Below are positions 1-9,915 of a stretch of DNA of 64,000 nt, piece after piece. Where the stretch lies: positions 3,552,001 through 3,616,000 of the forward strand of contig OY969696.1 of assembly GCA_963702005.1 (NCBI GenBank), in the 5' to 3' direction. Origin of the DNA: Candidatus Aminicenantes bacterium (lineage in GTDB: Bacteria; Acidobacteriota; Aminicenantia; Aminicenantales; JAFGBC01). The translations under genes and the position numbers were made by a program. The notes beneath the pieces were generated by a model that ran no database searches, was not told the DNA's origin, and saw only the letters and a program-made list of their open reading frames with translations. Within the stretch, counting starts at the first letter, position 1; every line of letters starts with the position of its first letter.

Positions 1-708
1 TACGACTCCGCCTTTATCGAGATGGATGTCCGGCAGCTCAGGACAAACCCGCCCGTCAGCTTGACCTTGAAAAAGATCTCCGCCATCGCGGCTCCGATCA
101 ACGACGACGCATCCAAAAAAGATTACGACCAAGCCAATCAACTCCTTGCCGCCGGGAAATTCGCCGGTGCGGCCGTCCTGTATGAAGACATCCTGGCCAA
201 ACATCCCGAGCTCTATCAGCTTCAGCTTGATGCCGGCCTCTGCTATCTCAAGCTGGAGGATTGGGAGAAGGCCAAGTCCCGATTCCAAGCGGTCCTCGAT
301 CGGGTCTCCCGGGCCGACGGGGCCTACGAGAATGACGCCGCCGCCGGCAAGGCCTTCGTCGGCCTGGGCGAGGTCGTGGCCCGCTCCGGAGACCTCGCCT
401 CGGCCAAGGACTATTTCGACCGGGCCCTGAGGCTCGCCCCCGAAGACGAGATTGCGGCCTACAACGTCGCGGAGATCCTTTTTTCGGCCCAGAAAGTCGA
501 TGAAGCGATCGGCTATTACGAAACGGCCCTGCGCATCAAGAAGGATTGGTCCAAACCCGTCTTCAAGCTCGGCCTGGCCCACCTCAACAAAGGCGACTAC
601 GACAAGGCCCTCGATTACCTGACCCGGTTCGTCGAGATGGACCCGGAGAATCCCAACGTCCCTCAAGCCCAAAACATGATCATCGCCATCAAGGCGATCA
701 AGAGATAG
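1..708 (+). CDS. TPR-repeat protein (5' end probably outside window)
   Basis: Multiple TPR-like helical repeats (e.g. AYNVAEILFSAQKVDEAIGYYETAL, FKLGLAHLNKGDYDKALDYL); frame open from base 1. Confidence 0.8.
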   Translation, partial: YDSAFIEMDVRQLRTNPPVSLTLKKISAIAAPINDDASKKDYDQANQLLAAGKFAGAAVLYEDILAKHPELYQLQLDAGLCYLKLEDWEKAKSRFQAVLDRVSRADGAYENDAAAGKAFVGLGEVVARSGDLASAKDYFDRALRLAPEDEIAAYNVAEILFSAQKVDEAIGYYETALRIKKDWSKPVFKLGLAHLNKGDYDKALDYLTRFVEMDPENPNVPQAQNMIIAIKAIKR

Positions 709-720
709 CGCGTCCGCCCC

Positions 721-2778
721 TTATTTCAGCATTTTGATGAAGACGCCGCCCACGACGGAGCGCGCCTGAAATCCGACCTTCCGGCCATCCCGGGTCCAGT
801 ACCAGTCCGTCATCGGGACCCGGTCGGGCGTCTCGTTGAGGAAGTCGAAAACGGGGTCGCTGAAGGCCTCGAAATCCTCGGGGCGGCCCGTGAGCGAGGC
901 CGTCCACAGGATCCAATCCAACTTCGTGTACTCCTTGCGGTTGTCGAGCGGCAGGCCGTATTTCAGCTGGACCTTCCGGTAGTAGGCCGTTTCCTTCTCG
1001 GCGACCGAGGGCGGGAACAGGCCATAGCCCAAGATCCTGTTCCAGACCAGGTTGTACTTCTGGCTCCAGGTGCCGGGCTTGTCGAAGGCCAGCCGGTAGT
1101 GATCACCGTCGTCTGCGAGCTTGAGCCACTCCCCCGCGAATTTCGCGGCCGTCGCGGCATAGGATTTAGCCTCGGCCTTCTTCCCCAGCTTCTCGCACAA
1201 ATCGGCGTAAGCCCGGAGGCCGATGATGGCCTTCAAGGACAGGTTGGCGTTATGGGCGAGATGGCCGGCGAAGTCGTCCGTGCAAAGCTGGTTCTCGGGG
1301 TCGAGGCCTTTCGCCCCGAGGTACTCCGCCCAGCGGCGGAAAAGGGCTTCGTAGGGCCGGACGAACTCGACGCTGTTTTCGGCCCGGGCCAGGGCGGCGG
1401 CCAGGATGAGCATGTTTCCGCTCTCCTCGACCGGCATCTGGTCCTCCTCGGTCAGGGCGCCTCCGCCGTAGACCTGGCCGTTGGCCTGGGGATAGGTCCC
1501 CAGGTCATGGGGCGCGAACGGGAACGGCCACATTCCGCTCTTGGCGTAGTCCAGGACGGGCCGGAGCATGGCCCTCATCAAGGGCGGGCTGAGGTGGAGA
1601 TAAAGGGGCGCCGAGGGATAGATGACGTCGACCGTCGAAATGCACCCGTTGCTGAAGTTCTCCTTGGGGAAAAAGAGCGGGGTCCCGTCGATATCGGCGG
1701 CCAGCTTGTGGGCGGCGATGGACTGCCGGAAGGCCAGGGTCCCGATCCAGGCGTATTTCTCCCCACCCGCCTTGGTCAGGGACGCCAGGAGCTGATCGTC
1801 GAATTCGCGGCAGGCCGCCGTCAGGGGACCGTAATCGAGCGCCGCCTGGGCCAGGAGCTGGGGAACCTCCCAGCCGTCGCGCCGCCAGTAGGGCCTGAGT
1901 TTGCGGTTGAAGTACTCGATCGAAAAACGGTCGTCGTAAGCGATCATCCAATATCGGGAGACGGGATCGGCTCCAACCTCGTCGAGGTTGAAGGCGACGG
2001 CGGCCACCGGATAACCTTCAGCCACGGCGCGGGGCATGTCCATCTCATCGAACGTCCCCAGCCCGCCGGATTTCCAGAAGGACTCCCGGCAGACGTCGTG
2101 CGAGGCGAGGCGGCTGAGGCCTTTCGGTTCCGTCGGAACGGCGAGATAGAAATATCCCCAGTCGATCCTCAGGTCGTCTCCCCTCTTTTCCAGCACGGGC
2201 TGGTCCTTGGATCCGAAGGAGAGCACGTCGAGGCCGGGGACTTCCAGCCGCCCCCAGACGACCTTCTGGTCGGGGGTGTTGACGGCGATTTCGCTGCAGG
2301 CGTCGAAGTAAAGCTGGACCTTGTGACGGGCGCCGTCCGTCGTCCGGACTTGGGCCGTGATATAGGTCAGGGGCCTGGACAGGATGTCAAGGCGGGCGGG
2401 GAGCAGCGGACAGAGGAAGATCAGCGTCAATTCGACGCCGCCGTCGGCAAAGGTATAAACCGTCCGGGTCGGGAACACCTCAAGGCGCGTTTGGGTCATG
2501 GCCTTCGATCCCCACGGTTCGAGCCCCATGACTCGGTAGGCCTGTCCATCGATCCGGACAAGGGCGGCCATGGCCTGAGCCTGTCCCGTCCAGTGGGCCG
2601 GCCATTTGTCGCTGAGCTTGTCGCCCGGCGACCAAATGCTGAAATAGGGATCGTGCGTGACGAGCGGGACGGACGGCGGCCTGGGGGCCGGACGTTCGCC
2701 GGCGCCCGCCAGGACAGCCGGGCCCAAACCGAATGCGATGACCAGGATGATGACGCGAGCGAGCCGTTGTCTTGACAT
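721..2778 (-). CDS. Secreted glutaminase GtaA-like / DUF4965-DUF5127-DUF1793 (alpha/alpha)6-barrel protein
   Basis: RPPSVPLVTHDPYFSIWS N-terminus, KENFSNG, PHDLGTYP, MPVEESGNM, TDDFAG motifs; ATG at 2778 with AAGGAG RBS and signal peptide. Confidence 0.8.
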   Translation of the reverse strand: MSRQRLARVIILVIAFGLGPAVLAGAGERPAPRPPSVPLVTHDPYFSIWSPGDKLSDKWPAHWTGQAQAMAALVRIDGQAYRVMGLEPWGSKAMTQTRLEVFPTRTVYTFADGGVELTLIFLCPLLPARLDILSRPLTYITAQVRTTDGARHKVQLYFDACSEIAVNTPDQKVVWGRLEVPGLDVLSFGSKDQPVLEKRGDDLRIDWGYFYLAVPTEPKGLSRLASHDVCRESFWKSGGLGTFDEMDMPRAVAEGYPVAAVAFNLDEVGADPVSRYWMIAYDDRFSIEYFNRKLRPYWRRDGWEVPQLLAQAALDYGPLTAACREFDDQLLASLTKAGGEKYAWIGTLAFRQSIAAHKLAADIDGTPLFFPKENFSNGCISTVDVIYPSAPLYLHLSPPLMRAMLRPVLDYAKSGMWPFPFAPHDLGTYPQANGQVYGGGALTEEDQMPVEESGNMLILAAALARAENSVEFVRPYEALFRRWAEYLGAKGLDPENQLCTDDFAGHLAHNANLSLKAIIGLRAYADLCEKLGKKAEAKSYAATAAKFAGEWLKLADDGDHYRLAFDKPGTWSQKYNLVWNRILGYGLFPPSVAEKETAYYRKVQLKYGLPLDNRKEYTKLDWILWTASLTGRPEDFEAFSDPVFDFLNETPDRVPMTDWYWTRDGRKVGFQARSVVGGVFIKMLK

Positions 2779-3048
2779 GGGAGACTCCTTCCGCGGTAAT
2801 AATATCAATTTCTTCCCCGCATCCTCAATAATTCGCGCACCGGGTCAGCGGCCTACGTTTTCGCAAGGGATCTCGACCGGCGTCCGGCCCCGGCCGTCGA
2901 GCCGGAGCTTCTGGAACTCGTTCTCGAAGAACTCCTGCTTGAAGCTCACGAGCGTGATCAGGCGGCATATGCCGTCTTGGCCCTTGACGGCCACGGCGGC
3001 CCGGATGGCACGAAACAGGACGGCGCCCAACGACGATAAGATCATGAT

Positions 3049-5622
3049 TCAATTCCCCCGGCAGAGCGGAAGGCGGCCGGGCCCGCCCAGGACGACGGTC
3101 GCGGCCCCCCGGATCAGCCATTCCCCGGTCGAAGGCCGATAGACGGCGATCCGGACCTTGCCGGGACCGTCATAGTGGCCCGGGACGGGGACATCTCCGA
3201 ACAAGCCGAAAACATATTGATTCCCGCCCAGGATGAACCAGCGACCCTTGGAAGGCCGGAACACGGCCGGCTCGGCCTTGCCGTCCCCGTTGTAGTCCGC
3301 CGGAATCGGGATGTCCTCGAATTCGCCCAGCGTATAGATCGCGCCGCTCCTGAGCAGCCACTGGCCGGTCGTCGGCCGGAAGACGGCGACATCGGTTTTC
3401 TTATCGCCGTCGTAATCGGCCGGGACGGGAACATCGCCCGCAGCGCCGAACCGGAAACTGCCCTGGCCCCGCAGGAACCACTCCCCCGTTTTGGGCCTGA
3501 AGAAGGCGACCTCGGACCGGCCGTCGCCGTTGTAATCGCCGGGAACGGGAATATCCAGAATCCCTCCGTAGCCCTTGATCGTCGCCCCGCCCTTGATAAG
3601 CCACATCCCCTCGAGGGGGCGGAAGATGGCCGCCTCGGCTTTTCTGTCCCCATCGTAGTCGCCCGCGGCCGGAACGTCGCCGCTCGTTCCGAACGCAAAC
3701 GACGTCCCTCCCTGGAAAAACCACTCGCCGCTCGGATAGCGATAAACGGCGATGTCGCTTTTGCCGTCGCCGTCGAAGTCGGCCGAGGCCGTGACGAGAG
3801 ACCGCTGGGGACCGTAAAGCCAGGTCTCGGTTGCCAGGAGGTCGCCGCTCCCCCCGGCCATGGTGATCTTGCCCTTGGATTCGTTGAAGACCATGGCCTG
3901 GCCGTAGCGAGGGGCCGGACAGGGCCCATCGACCCTAGCCCAAACTCCGCCGCTATATTCCCACGGGTCGTTGAGCCAGTCGTACCGGCCGGTCGTGGCG
4001 TTGTAGCGCTCGCCGCCGAAGAGGACGAGTTTGCGGCGGATGGAATCGTAGGCCAGGCCGAAGCCCGTCCGCGGTCCCGGGCCCGTCTCCGAGATCAGGG
4101 TCCAGGAAGAGCCGTTCCATTCCCAGAGGTCGCCGTATTCGGTTTTCCAATCGACCGAGCTTTGTCCGCCGAAGAGATAGACGACGCCCCGGTCCCCGTC
4201 ATAGGCCATGGCGTGGCCGTGGCGAATGGATGGCCCCGAGGACGATTTGAGCGTCCAGACCGTCCCGTTCCAGGCCCAAGTGCCGGGGTCGTCGCCGCCG
4301 GTCGTTCCCGGCACGCCGCCGAAGAGGACGACCTCCGCGCGCTTGGCGTCATAGGCCATGGCGCTTCCATAGCGGGCCGTCGGCCCGCTCGTCGCGACTC
4401 GGGTCCAGGCCGAGGTTGTCCAGTCCCAGGTCCAGGTGTCGTTAAAATAGCTGACTCCAGAGCCATAGTAGACCCCGCCGAATAGGACGGGGACTCCGCG
4501 GGCCGCGTCAAAGGCCATGCCGACGCCGCCCCGGTAGCCGAGAGGATTTTTGCTGAGCTCATACCAGCCCCAACCGTCCCAGGCCCAGGTTCCGTTCCTG
4601 AACATGAGGATCTTTCCGATCTTGGCGTCGTAGACCATGGCGTCGGGCTTGGCCGGGAACTGCCAATCGGGTTTCTTCTGGATGCGTTTCGTCCCCTCGA
4701 GCAGCCAGGTCGAGCCGGCCGAGCCGAAAAAGACGATCTGGTTGCGGGCCGCGTCATAGGCCGCTTTCCATGCGGAGGGGAAATCCTTGGGAGGAGCGAA
4801 GGCCGAGATCTTCTTCCAGGCGGCGCCGTCCCAAGTCCAGACCTGGAAGATTCTTTTCCAATCGGCCGTGTAGGTGTAGAAGGACACGACGGACTTGCGG
4901 CGCGCCGTGTCGTAGACCATGACCGGGTCATAGACGGCCGTCGGTCCCGTCGCCGTGATTTTCCTCCATTTCACGCCATCGTATTCCCAGGTGTCGTTGA
5001 AATTGGAGTCTCCGGCATCGCCCCCGAACAAGACCAGCCTGCCGCGGCTTTCATCGTAGCTCAGGCAATGATAACGCCGTCCTTGCGGTTTCGTGCCCGA
5101 GACCTTGACTTCCTTCCAGGAGCTGCCGTTCCACTCCCAAAAGTCCGCATAGTAAGGTTTGGCGTTCCCGAAATTGACCCCGCCGAAAAGGAGCGCGACG
5201 CCCCGGCTCGAGTCGAAGGCCATGGCCGCCCCCCAGCGGGCCGGAGGCCCCTGGACTTGTTTCTGCTCCCACTTGACGCCGTCCCAGGTCCAGGTATCGT
5301 TGACGATCCGGATGACCTGGTTCTGTTCCGTCCAGCCTCCGAAGAGGATCGTGACCTTCCGGGTCGAGTCATAGGCGAGCGCCGTGTTCTCCCGGGGCGA
5401 CGGACCTCCCATCGAAGCCAGGACCCAGCCCGTACCGTTCCACTCCCAGGTCTCGCGTCCCCCGCCGATCCCGCCGAACATGACGGCGACGCCGCGCGCC
5501 GAGTCGTAGGCCATGGCGTGATAGACGCGGCCTTCGGGAAGGATGTCCGCCCGCGTCCACTGGGCGACGGCCGCGGAACTCAACAGGACGAGCGCTAACC
5601 CGATGCCGATCGCTAATTTCAT
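3049..5622 (-). CDS. Secreted Kelch-like beta-propeller protein with C-terminal FG-GAP-like repeats
   Basis: Repeated MAYDSxRxxxxLFGG...TWxWDG blades followed by DxDGDGKxDxAxxRP repeats; signal peptide MKLAIGIGLALVLL. Confidence 0.85.
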   Translation of the reverse strand: MKLAIGIGLALVLLSSAAVAQWTRADILPEGRVYHAMAYDSARGVAVMFGGIGGGRETWEWNGTGWVLASMGGPSPRENTALAYDSTRKVTILFGGWTEQNQVIRIVNDTWTWDGVKWEQKQVQGPPARWGAAMAFDSSRGVALLFGGVNFGNAKPYYADFWEWNGSSWKEVKVSGTKPQGRRYHCLSYDESRGRLVLFGGDAGDSNFNDTWEYDGVKWRKITATGPTAVYDPVMVYDTARRKSVVSFYTYTADWKRIFQVWTWDGAAWKKISAFAPPKDFPSAWKAAYDAARNQIVFFGSAGSTWLLEGTKRIQKKPDWQFPAKPDAMVYDAKIGKILMFRNGTWAWDGWGWYELSKNPLGYRGGVGMAFDAARGVPVLFGGVYYGSGVSYFNDTWTWDWTTSAWTRVATSGPTARYGSAMAYDAKRAEVVLFGGVPGTTGGDDPGTWAWNGTVWTLKSSSGPSIRHGHAMAYDGDRGVVYLFGGQSSVDWKTEYGDLWEWNGSSWTLISETGPGPRTGFGLAYDSIRRKLVLFGGERYNATTGRYDWLNDPWEYSGGVWARVDGPCPAPRYGQAMVFNESKGKITMAGGSGDLLATETWLYGPQRSLVTASADFDGDGKSDIAVYRYPSGEWFFQGGTSFAFGTSGDVPAAGDYDGDRKAEAAIFRPLEGMWLIKGGATIKGYGGILDIPVPGDYNGDGRSEVAFFRPKTGEWFLRGQGSFRFGAAGDVPVPADYDGDKKTDVAVFRPTTGQWLLRSGAIYTLGEFEDIPIPADYNGDGKAEPAVFRPSKGRWFILGGNQYVFGLFGDVPVPGHYDGPGKVRIAVYRPSTGEWLIRGAATVVLGGPGRLPLCRGN

Positions 5623-5718
5623 GGATTTCTCCCGATTCTTAGAATCATTGTAATCGGTCTCGGGACGAATTGAAAGCGCGGCCCGGGACTCGAACCGGGA
5701 ACGGGGGGACAAACGGGC

Positions 5719-7131
5719 TTAGATGCGGGACTGATACTTCAATTCTTGAAAGGTGATTCGGAACTCGGTCCCGCCCTCCCTGTGGAGCTCGATCGTGCCG
5801 TCGAGCTGTTCGACCAGAAGCTGGATGATTTGCATCCCCAAGCTTTCCGCGGACTTGATGTCCAACCCGGCCGGCAAGCCGACGCCGTCGTCCCTGACGG
5901 TCAGTCGGTAGCGTCCTTCTTTCAAGTCGCGGAACTCGACGGCCAACCTGCCCTTCCGGCCCTTGGGGAATCCGTGTTTGACGCTGTTGGAGACGAGCTC
6001 GTTCAAGATCAGGCCGCAGGGGACGGCCGTGTTGACGTCCAGGAAGGCTTCATCCAGGTCCAGGCTGATGCCGACCAAGTCGGGATCGATGCCCAGGGAT
6101 TGAATCAAATGGACGACCATCTGGCGGATATAGTCGCCGAAATCGATCCGGTTCAGGTCCGGGGACTGGTAGAGCTTTTCGTGAACGATGGCCATGGACC
6201 GGATCCGGTTATGGCTCTCCTTGAGGGCCTCGGCCACGGCCGGGTCGGCGACGGCGCGGGCCTGGAGGCTCAAGAGGCTGGCCATGACCTGCATGTTGTT
6301 CTTGACGCGGTGGTAGACCTCGCGCAGCAGGACCTCTTTTTCCCGCAGGGACTCCCGGCGCTGTTCCTCGGCCGCCTTGCGTTTGGTGATGTCGGACAGG
6401 ATGTGGACGGCGCCGCTTATCCCGCCGTCCGCGTCCAGGATGGGATCGACGCCGGCCAAGAACCAGCGGTCTCCGATCAGGAACTCCGCCTCCTCGTGGG
6501 CTTTGGAGACGAGCATTTTCGGGAAAGGACAATCCATGAAGAAGTCCGTCCCGCCGTGAACGATCTCGTAACACTTCCGGCCGATAATGTCCTTGACGGG
6601 ACGAGCCAATAAGGACGCTATGGCTTCGTTGCACTGAAGGATTCGGGCCTCGGGATCCAGGAGGCAAATCCCGTCCGTGATCGCGTTGAAAGTCGTGACC
6701 CACTTGGCCGCGCTTTCCCGAAGAGCCTCCTCAGCCTCCCGCTTTTCCCCCCGGATCCGGGCGTCGTCGAGCTCACGGCGGACGGAAGGGACGAGTCGGC
6801 CCAGCTTGTCCTTCATGATGTAATCTTGGGCCCCGAGCTTCATGGCCTCGATGGCGATGTCCTCCCCGATCGTCCCGGACACGATGATGAACGGGACATC
6901 CAGACCCATTTCCTTGAAAAGCTTCAATGCGGCCGGTCCTCTGAGGTGGGGAAGGGCGTAGTCCGCCAGGATGAGGTCCCAGATTCCGTGCTGGAGGGCT
7001 TTCCTCATCCCGGCTTCGGTCTCGACGCGCTCGAAGCGGGGCTCGAACCCTCCCTCCGTCAGGTTACGGATGATGAGAAGCGCGTCGTCCTCGGAATCTT
7101 CGACGATCAGGACGCGCAGGACCTGGCTCAT
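5719..7131 (-). CDS. Hybrid receiver-PAS-HisKA_2 histidine kinase
   Basis: N-terminal REC (LIVEDSEDD), PAS, EVYHRVKNNMQ H-box, NELVSNSVKH N-box, DDGVG. Confidence 0.9.
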   Translation of the reverse strand: MSQVLRVLIVEDSEDDALLIIRNLTEGGFEPRFERVETEAGMRKALQHGIWDLILADYALPHLRGPAALKLFKEMGLDVPFIIVSGTIGEDIAIEAMKLGAQDYIMKDKLGRLVPSVRRELDDARIRGEKREAEEALRESAAKWVTTFNAITDGICLLDPEARILQCNEAIASLLARPVKDIIGRKCYEIVHGGTDFFMDCPFPKMLVSKAHEEAEFLIGDRWFLAGVDPILDADGGISGAVHILSDITKRKAAEEQRRESLREKEVLLREVYHRVKNNMQVMASLLSLQARAVADPAVAEALKESHNRIRSMAIVHEKLYQSPDLNRIDFGDYIRQMVVHLIQSLGIDPDLVGISLDLDEAFLDVNTAVPCGLILNELVSNSVKHGFPKGRKGRLAVEFRDLKEGRYRLTVRDDGVGLPAGLDIKSAESLGMQIIQLLVEQLDGTIELHREGGTEFRITFQELKYQSRI

Positions 7132-7144
7132 CGCCGTGCTCCTT

Positions 7145-7591
7145 TCAATCGGAATCCGCGGGCAGCGGCACGTTCAAGATCAGCCAATAGAGCCCGAGCT
7201 GCCTGATCGCGTCGCTGAATTCCTTGAAGTCGACGGGTTTCCGGATATAGCTGTTGGCCCCGTTCCGGTAGCCGTTGAGCAGGTCCGCTTCCTGGGTGGA
7301 CGAGGTCAGGATCACGACGGGAAGGAAGGCCGTCCGGGGATCCCGGCGGAGCAGCCTCAGGACCTCCAGTCCGTCGAGCTTGGGAAGCTTCAGGTCCAGG
7401 AGGACGACAACCGGTTTATCGCTCAGGTTCCTGCCGGCATGGGTGCCGGTCCCGAAAAGATAGTCGAGCGCTTCGACGCCGTCCCCGGCCACAACGACCC
7501 TGTTGCTGATACGGTTGTCCTGGAGCGCCCGCAGCGTCAGCTGGACGTCGTCGGGATCGTCCTCGACCAACAGAATGTGCTTATCGGCCAT
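7145..7591 (-). CDS. Single-domain response regulator
   Basis: MADKHILLVEDD...LLDLKLPKLDG...ILTSS...GANSYIRKP; overlaps the end of the upstream kinase. Confidence 0.9.
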   Translation of the reverse strand: MADKHILLVEDDPDDVQLTLRALQDNRISNRVVVAGDGVEALDYLFGTGTHAGRNLSDKPVVVLLDLKLPKLDGLEVLRLLRRDPRTAFLPVVILTSSTQEADLLNGYRNGANSYIRKPVDFKEFSDAIRQLGLYWLILNVPLPADSD

Positions 7592-9785
7592 CGCTCCCTC
7601 CTTCCCCGTCATCGAGCATGAAGTAGAACGTCGCTCCCCGTTCGGGGGCGCTCTCCGCCCAGACCCGGCCGCCGTGGCGCCGGACGATCCTCTGGACGGT
7701 GGCCAAGCCGACCCCCAGCCCCGGAAAATCCTCCTTGCGGTGGAGGCGTTGAAAGGCGCCGAAGAGCTTGTCGGCGTAGGCCATGTCGAACCCGACCCCG
7801 TCGTCCTTGACGAAAAATACATCCCGGCCGTTCTCGACGAGACGGCCCAACTCGATCCGCGCCCGGGGTTTCTTGCCCGTGAACTTCCAGGCGTTGGCGA
7901 GGAGGTTCTCGAGGACAACCTTTATGAGGGCCGGATCGGCCCGGGCGAGAAGCCCGTCGCGGATCACAATCTCAGCGTCCCGCTCCGGCGCGGACTGTCG
8001 GAGGGAAGCCGCCACCTCGCGGGCCAGCCCGCTCAGGTCGACCTCCTGCCGTTGGAGCGGGGATTTGGAAAGGCGGGCGAGCTTCAGCAGATCGTCGATC
8101 AGAAGTCCCATGCGCTGAGTGGCGGCCCGGATCCGGGCGAGATAATCCCGCCCCTTGTCCCCGACCGCCTCCCGGCAATCGTCGACCAGGACCTGGCTGA
8201 AGCCGTCGATGATCCGCAGCGGTGCGCGCAGGTCGTGGGAGACGGAGTAGCTGAACGACTCCAACTCCTTGTTGGCGGCATCGAGCTGCACCGTCCGCTC
8301 GGCGACCCTCCGTTCGAGGTTCTCGTTGAGAAGACGAATCTCTTCCTCGGCCCGCCGCTGCTCGGTGATGTCCCACGCGGAGGACAGGGCACCCGTGACC
8401 CGGCCGTCGGCGTCCTTGAGAGTCCGGCACCACCAGGCCAGCAAGCGAGCTTGGCCGTCCTTCCGCCTCTGCCAGCTTTCGAGGTAGATGACGTCCTCGG
8501 CGCCTTCGAAGAAGGGCTGGACGATCCGGTAGGTCGGCTGCTCGCCCACGAAGTAGAAGGCCGCCTCCTTCCCGACGGCGTCGTCCCCGAAGAAGTCGGT
8601 TCCGGCCTTATTCGCCCAACGGTAGACCTTGTCGTTGTCGACTTCCATGATGATGTCCGGGACCGCGGTCAGGATCGCCTCTTGGCGCAGGCTCAGCGAA
8701 CGGAGTTCCTCTTCCGCCAAGAGACGCCGGCGGAGAATGCCGATCTGTTCTCTCCTGATAATGTAGCCGAGTCCGCTGCCCGCCATGAGGATCAGGCCTA
8801 AAAGACTCGCCGCTAAATAGCGGGATTCCCGGACGAAGGGAGCGAACACCTCTTTGCGATCGACCTTGGCGACTAAAAACCACTCGGAGCCGATCACGGG
8901 CCGGAGGACCGACAAGACGGGAACGCCGCGATAGTCGACGCCCTGGAAGACCCCTTGTTTTCCCTGAACGGCGCGGGCGGCTGGGAGGCCTTCCGTGGAC
9001 AGCGGCAGCCGGAACTCGAGGGTCGTGCCCTTCCGATGGCGGAGCTGGCTGAGAAAAAGGACGTCTTTACCGTCGCGCCTGACGAGGAGCGCCTCGGCGC
9101 TCGAGCTCGGGGTCGGCCAGGATTGTATCAAAGGATATAAATATCGGGCCGGGTCCCGTCTAATAAGGATGATGCCGAGCGGACCGGACTTCCCTCCGTC
9201 CGTTTCAGGGATTGGGACGAACATGTCCACGCGGATGTCCCCCGACCGGCGCCCTCGATAAAGATCGGAGAGGGCGACCACGCCGTGAAGCGCGATCTCG
9301 AGCGCCCGGCGATAAACGGGATCATTCTCTTCGGACCAGGACATGTCCTCCGTCCCCATGATCCAATTCCCTTCCCCGTCAAGAAGAAAAACCTGGCTGT
9401 GGTCATTGTTGGCCCGGAGGGACTCGAACCAAGCCCTCAGGGCGGCCCGGGCGTTCGCGGATTCGCGTTCCGATGTCGATAACGCGTTTCGAACGGACGG
9501 CGTTAAAAAAAGATTGTCGCGGAGGGCCTGGCCGTCTCGAAGCCGCTCCGATCGCCACTCCGTGATCTCGCGGCTCTTGAGGTCGGCGACGGCCGAAAGC
9601 TGAGCATAGGCGGATTTCTGGAAAGCGCGCTTCTGGGCCGCGAAATAGAAATATCCCGCCCCTCCGATCCCGGCCGACATCGCCAGGAAAATAACAAGAA
9701 ATTTCGCCCACTGAAAAAAAACCCCTTCCGACTTCGCCTCGACGCTGGAAGAAATCGGCCCCGGATCCAACCTGCCTTTCTTCAA
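7581..9785 (-). CDS. Membrane sensor histidine kinase (periplasmic sensor, PAS, HisKA, HATPase)
   Basis: Two TM segments, ELESFSYSVSHDLRAPLR H-box, NLLANAWKF, DDGVGF, GLGVGL. Confidence 0.9.
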   Translation of the reverse strand: MKKGRLDPGPISSSVEAKSEGVFFQWAKFLVIFLAMSAGIGGAGYFYFAAQKRAFQKSAYAQLSAVADLKSREITEWRSERLRDGQALRDNLFLTPSVRNALSTSERESANARAALRAWFESLRANNDHSQVFLLDGEGNWIMGTEDMSWSEENDPVYRRALEIALHGVVALSDLYRGRRSGDIRVDMFVPIPETDGGKSGPLGIILIRRDPARYLYPLIQSWPTPSSSAEALLVRRDGKDVLFLSQLRHRKGTTLEFRLPLSTEGLPAARAVQGKQGVFQGVDYRGVPVLSVLRPVIGSEWFLVAKVDRKEVFAPFVRESRYLAASLLGLILMAGSGLGYIIRREQIGILRRRLLAEEELRSLSLRQEAILTAVPDIIMEVDNDKVYRWANKAGTDFFGDDAVGKEAAFYFVGEQPTYRIVQPFFEGAEDVIYLESWQRRKDGQARLLAWWCRTLKDADGRVTGALSSAWDITEQRRAEEEIRLLNENLERRVAERTVQLDAANKELESFSYSVSHDLRAPLRIIDGFSQVLVDDCREAVGDKGRDYLARIRAATQRMGLLIDDLLKLARLSKSPLQRQEVDLSGLAREVAASLRQSAPERDAEIVIRDGLLARADPALIKVVLENLLANAWKFTGKKPRARIELGRLVENGRDVFFVKDDGVGFDMAYADKLFGAFQRLHRKEDFPGLGVGLATVQRIVRRHGGRVWAESAPERGATFYFMLDDGEGGSDGR

Positions 9786-9798
9786 GGTCTTTCCCCCG

Positions 9799-9817
9799 AC
9801 CTATAAATATTATAGGT
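9799..9817. promoter_or_regulatory. AT-rich palindrome, possible operator upstream of the two-component cluster
   Basis: ACCTATAA-ata-TTATAGGT perfect inverted repeat 14 nt upstream of the kinase start. Confidence 0.35.
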
Positions 9818-9915
9818 TTTATAGCCGATAATAGAATACAAAAATTTGGAGCCGCTGTCAATTTCCGCCCCGGCAGGGGGAGAGCATCTCCAAATCTGTG
9901 AAGCCTGGAAGAGGA

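Noticed and set aside
2845-3051. TGA of the Kelch/FG-GAP gene is followed in frame by a 66-aa ORF (possible read-through)
   Set aside because: The FG-GAP repeats end naturally before the stop, the extension has no repeat or domain similarity, and there is no convincing SECIS-like hairpin.
3049-5622. Periodic repeats as a possible CRISPR array or DGR
   Set aside because: They are degenerate protein-coding Kelch/FG-GAP repeats; no identical spaced repeats, cas genes or reverse transcriptase seen in the window.
5678-5712. GGGACTCGAACC resembling a tRNA T-arm on the minus strand
   Set aside because: No cloverleaf or acceptor stem can be built in the available space.
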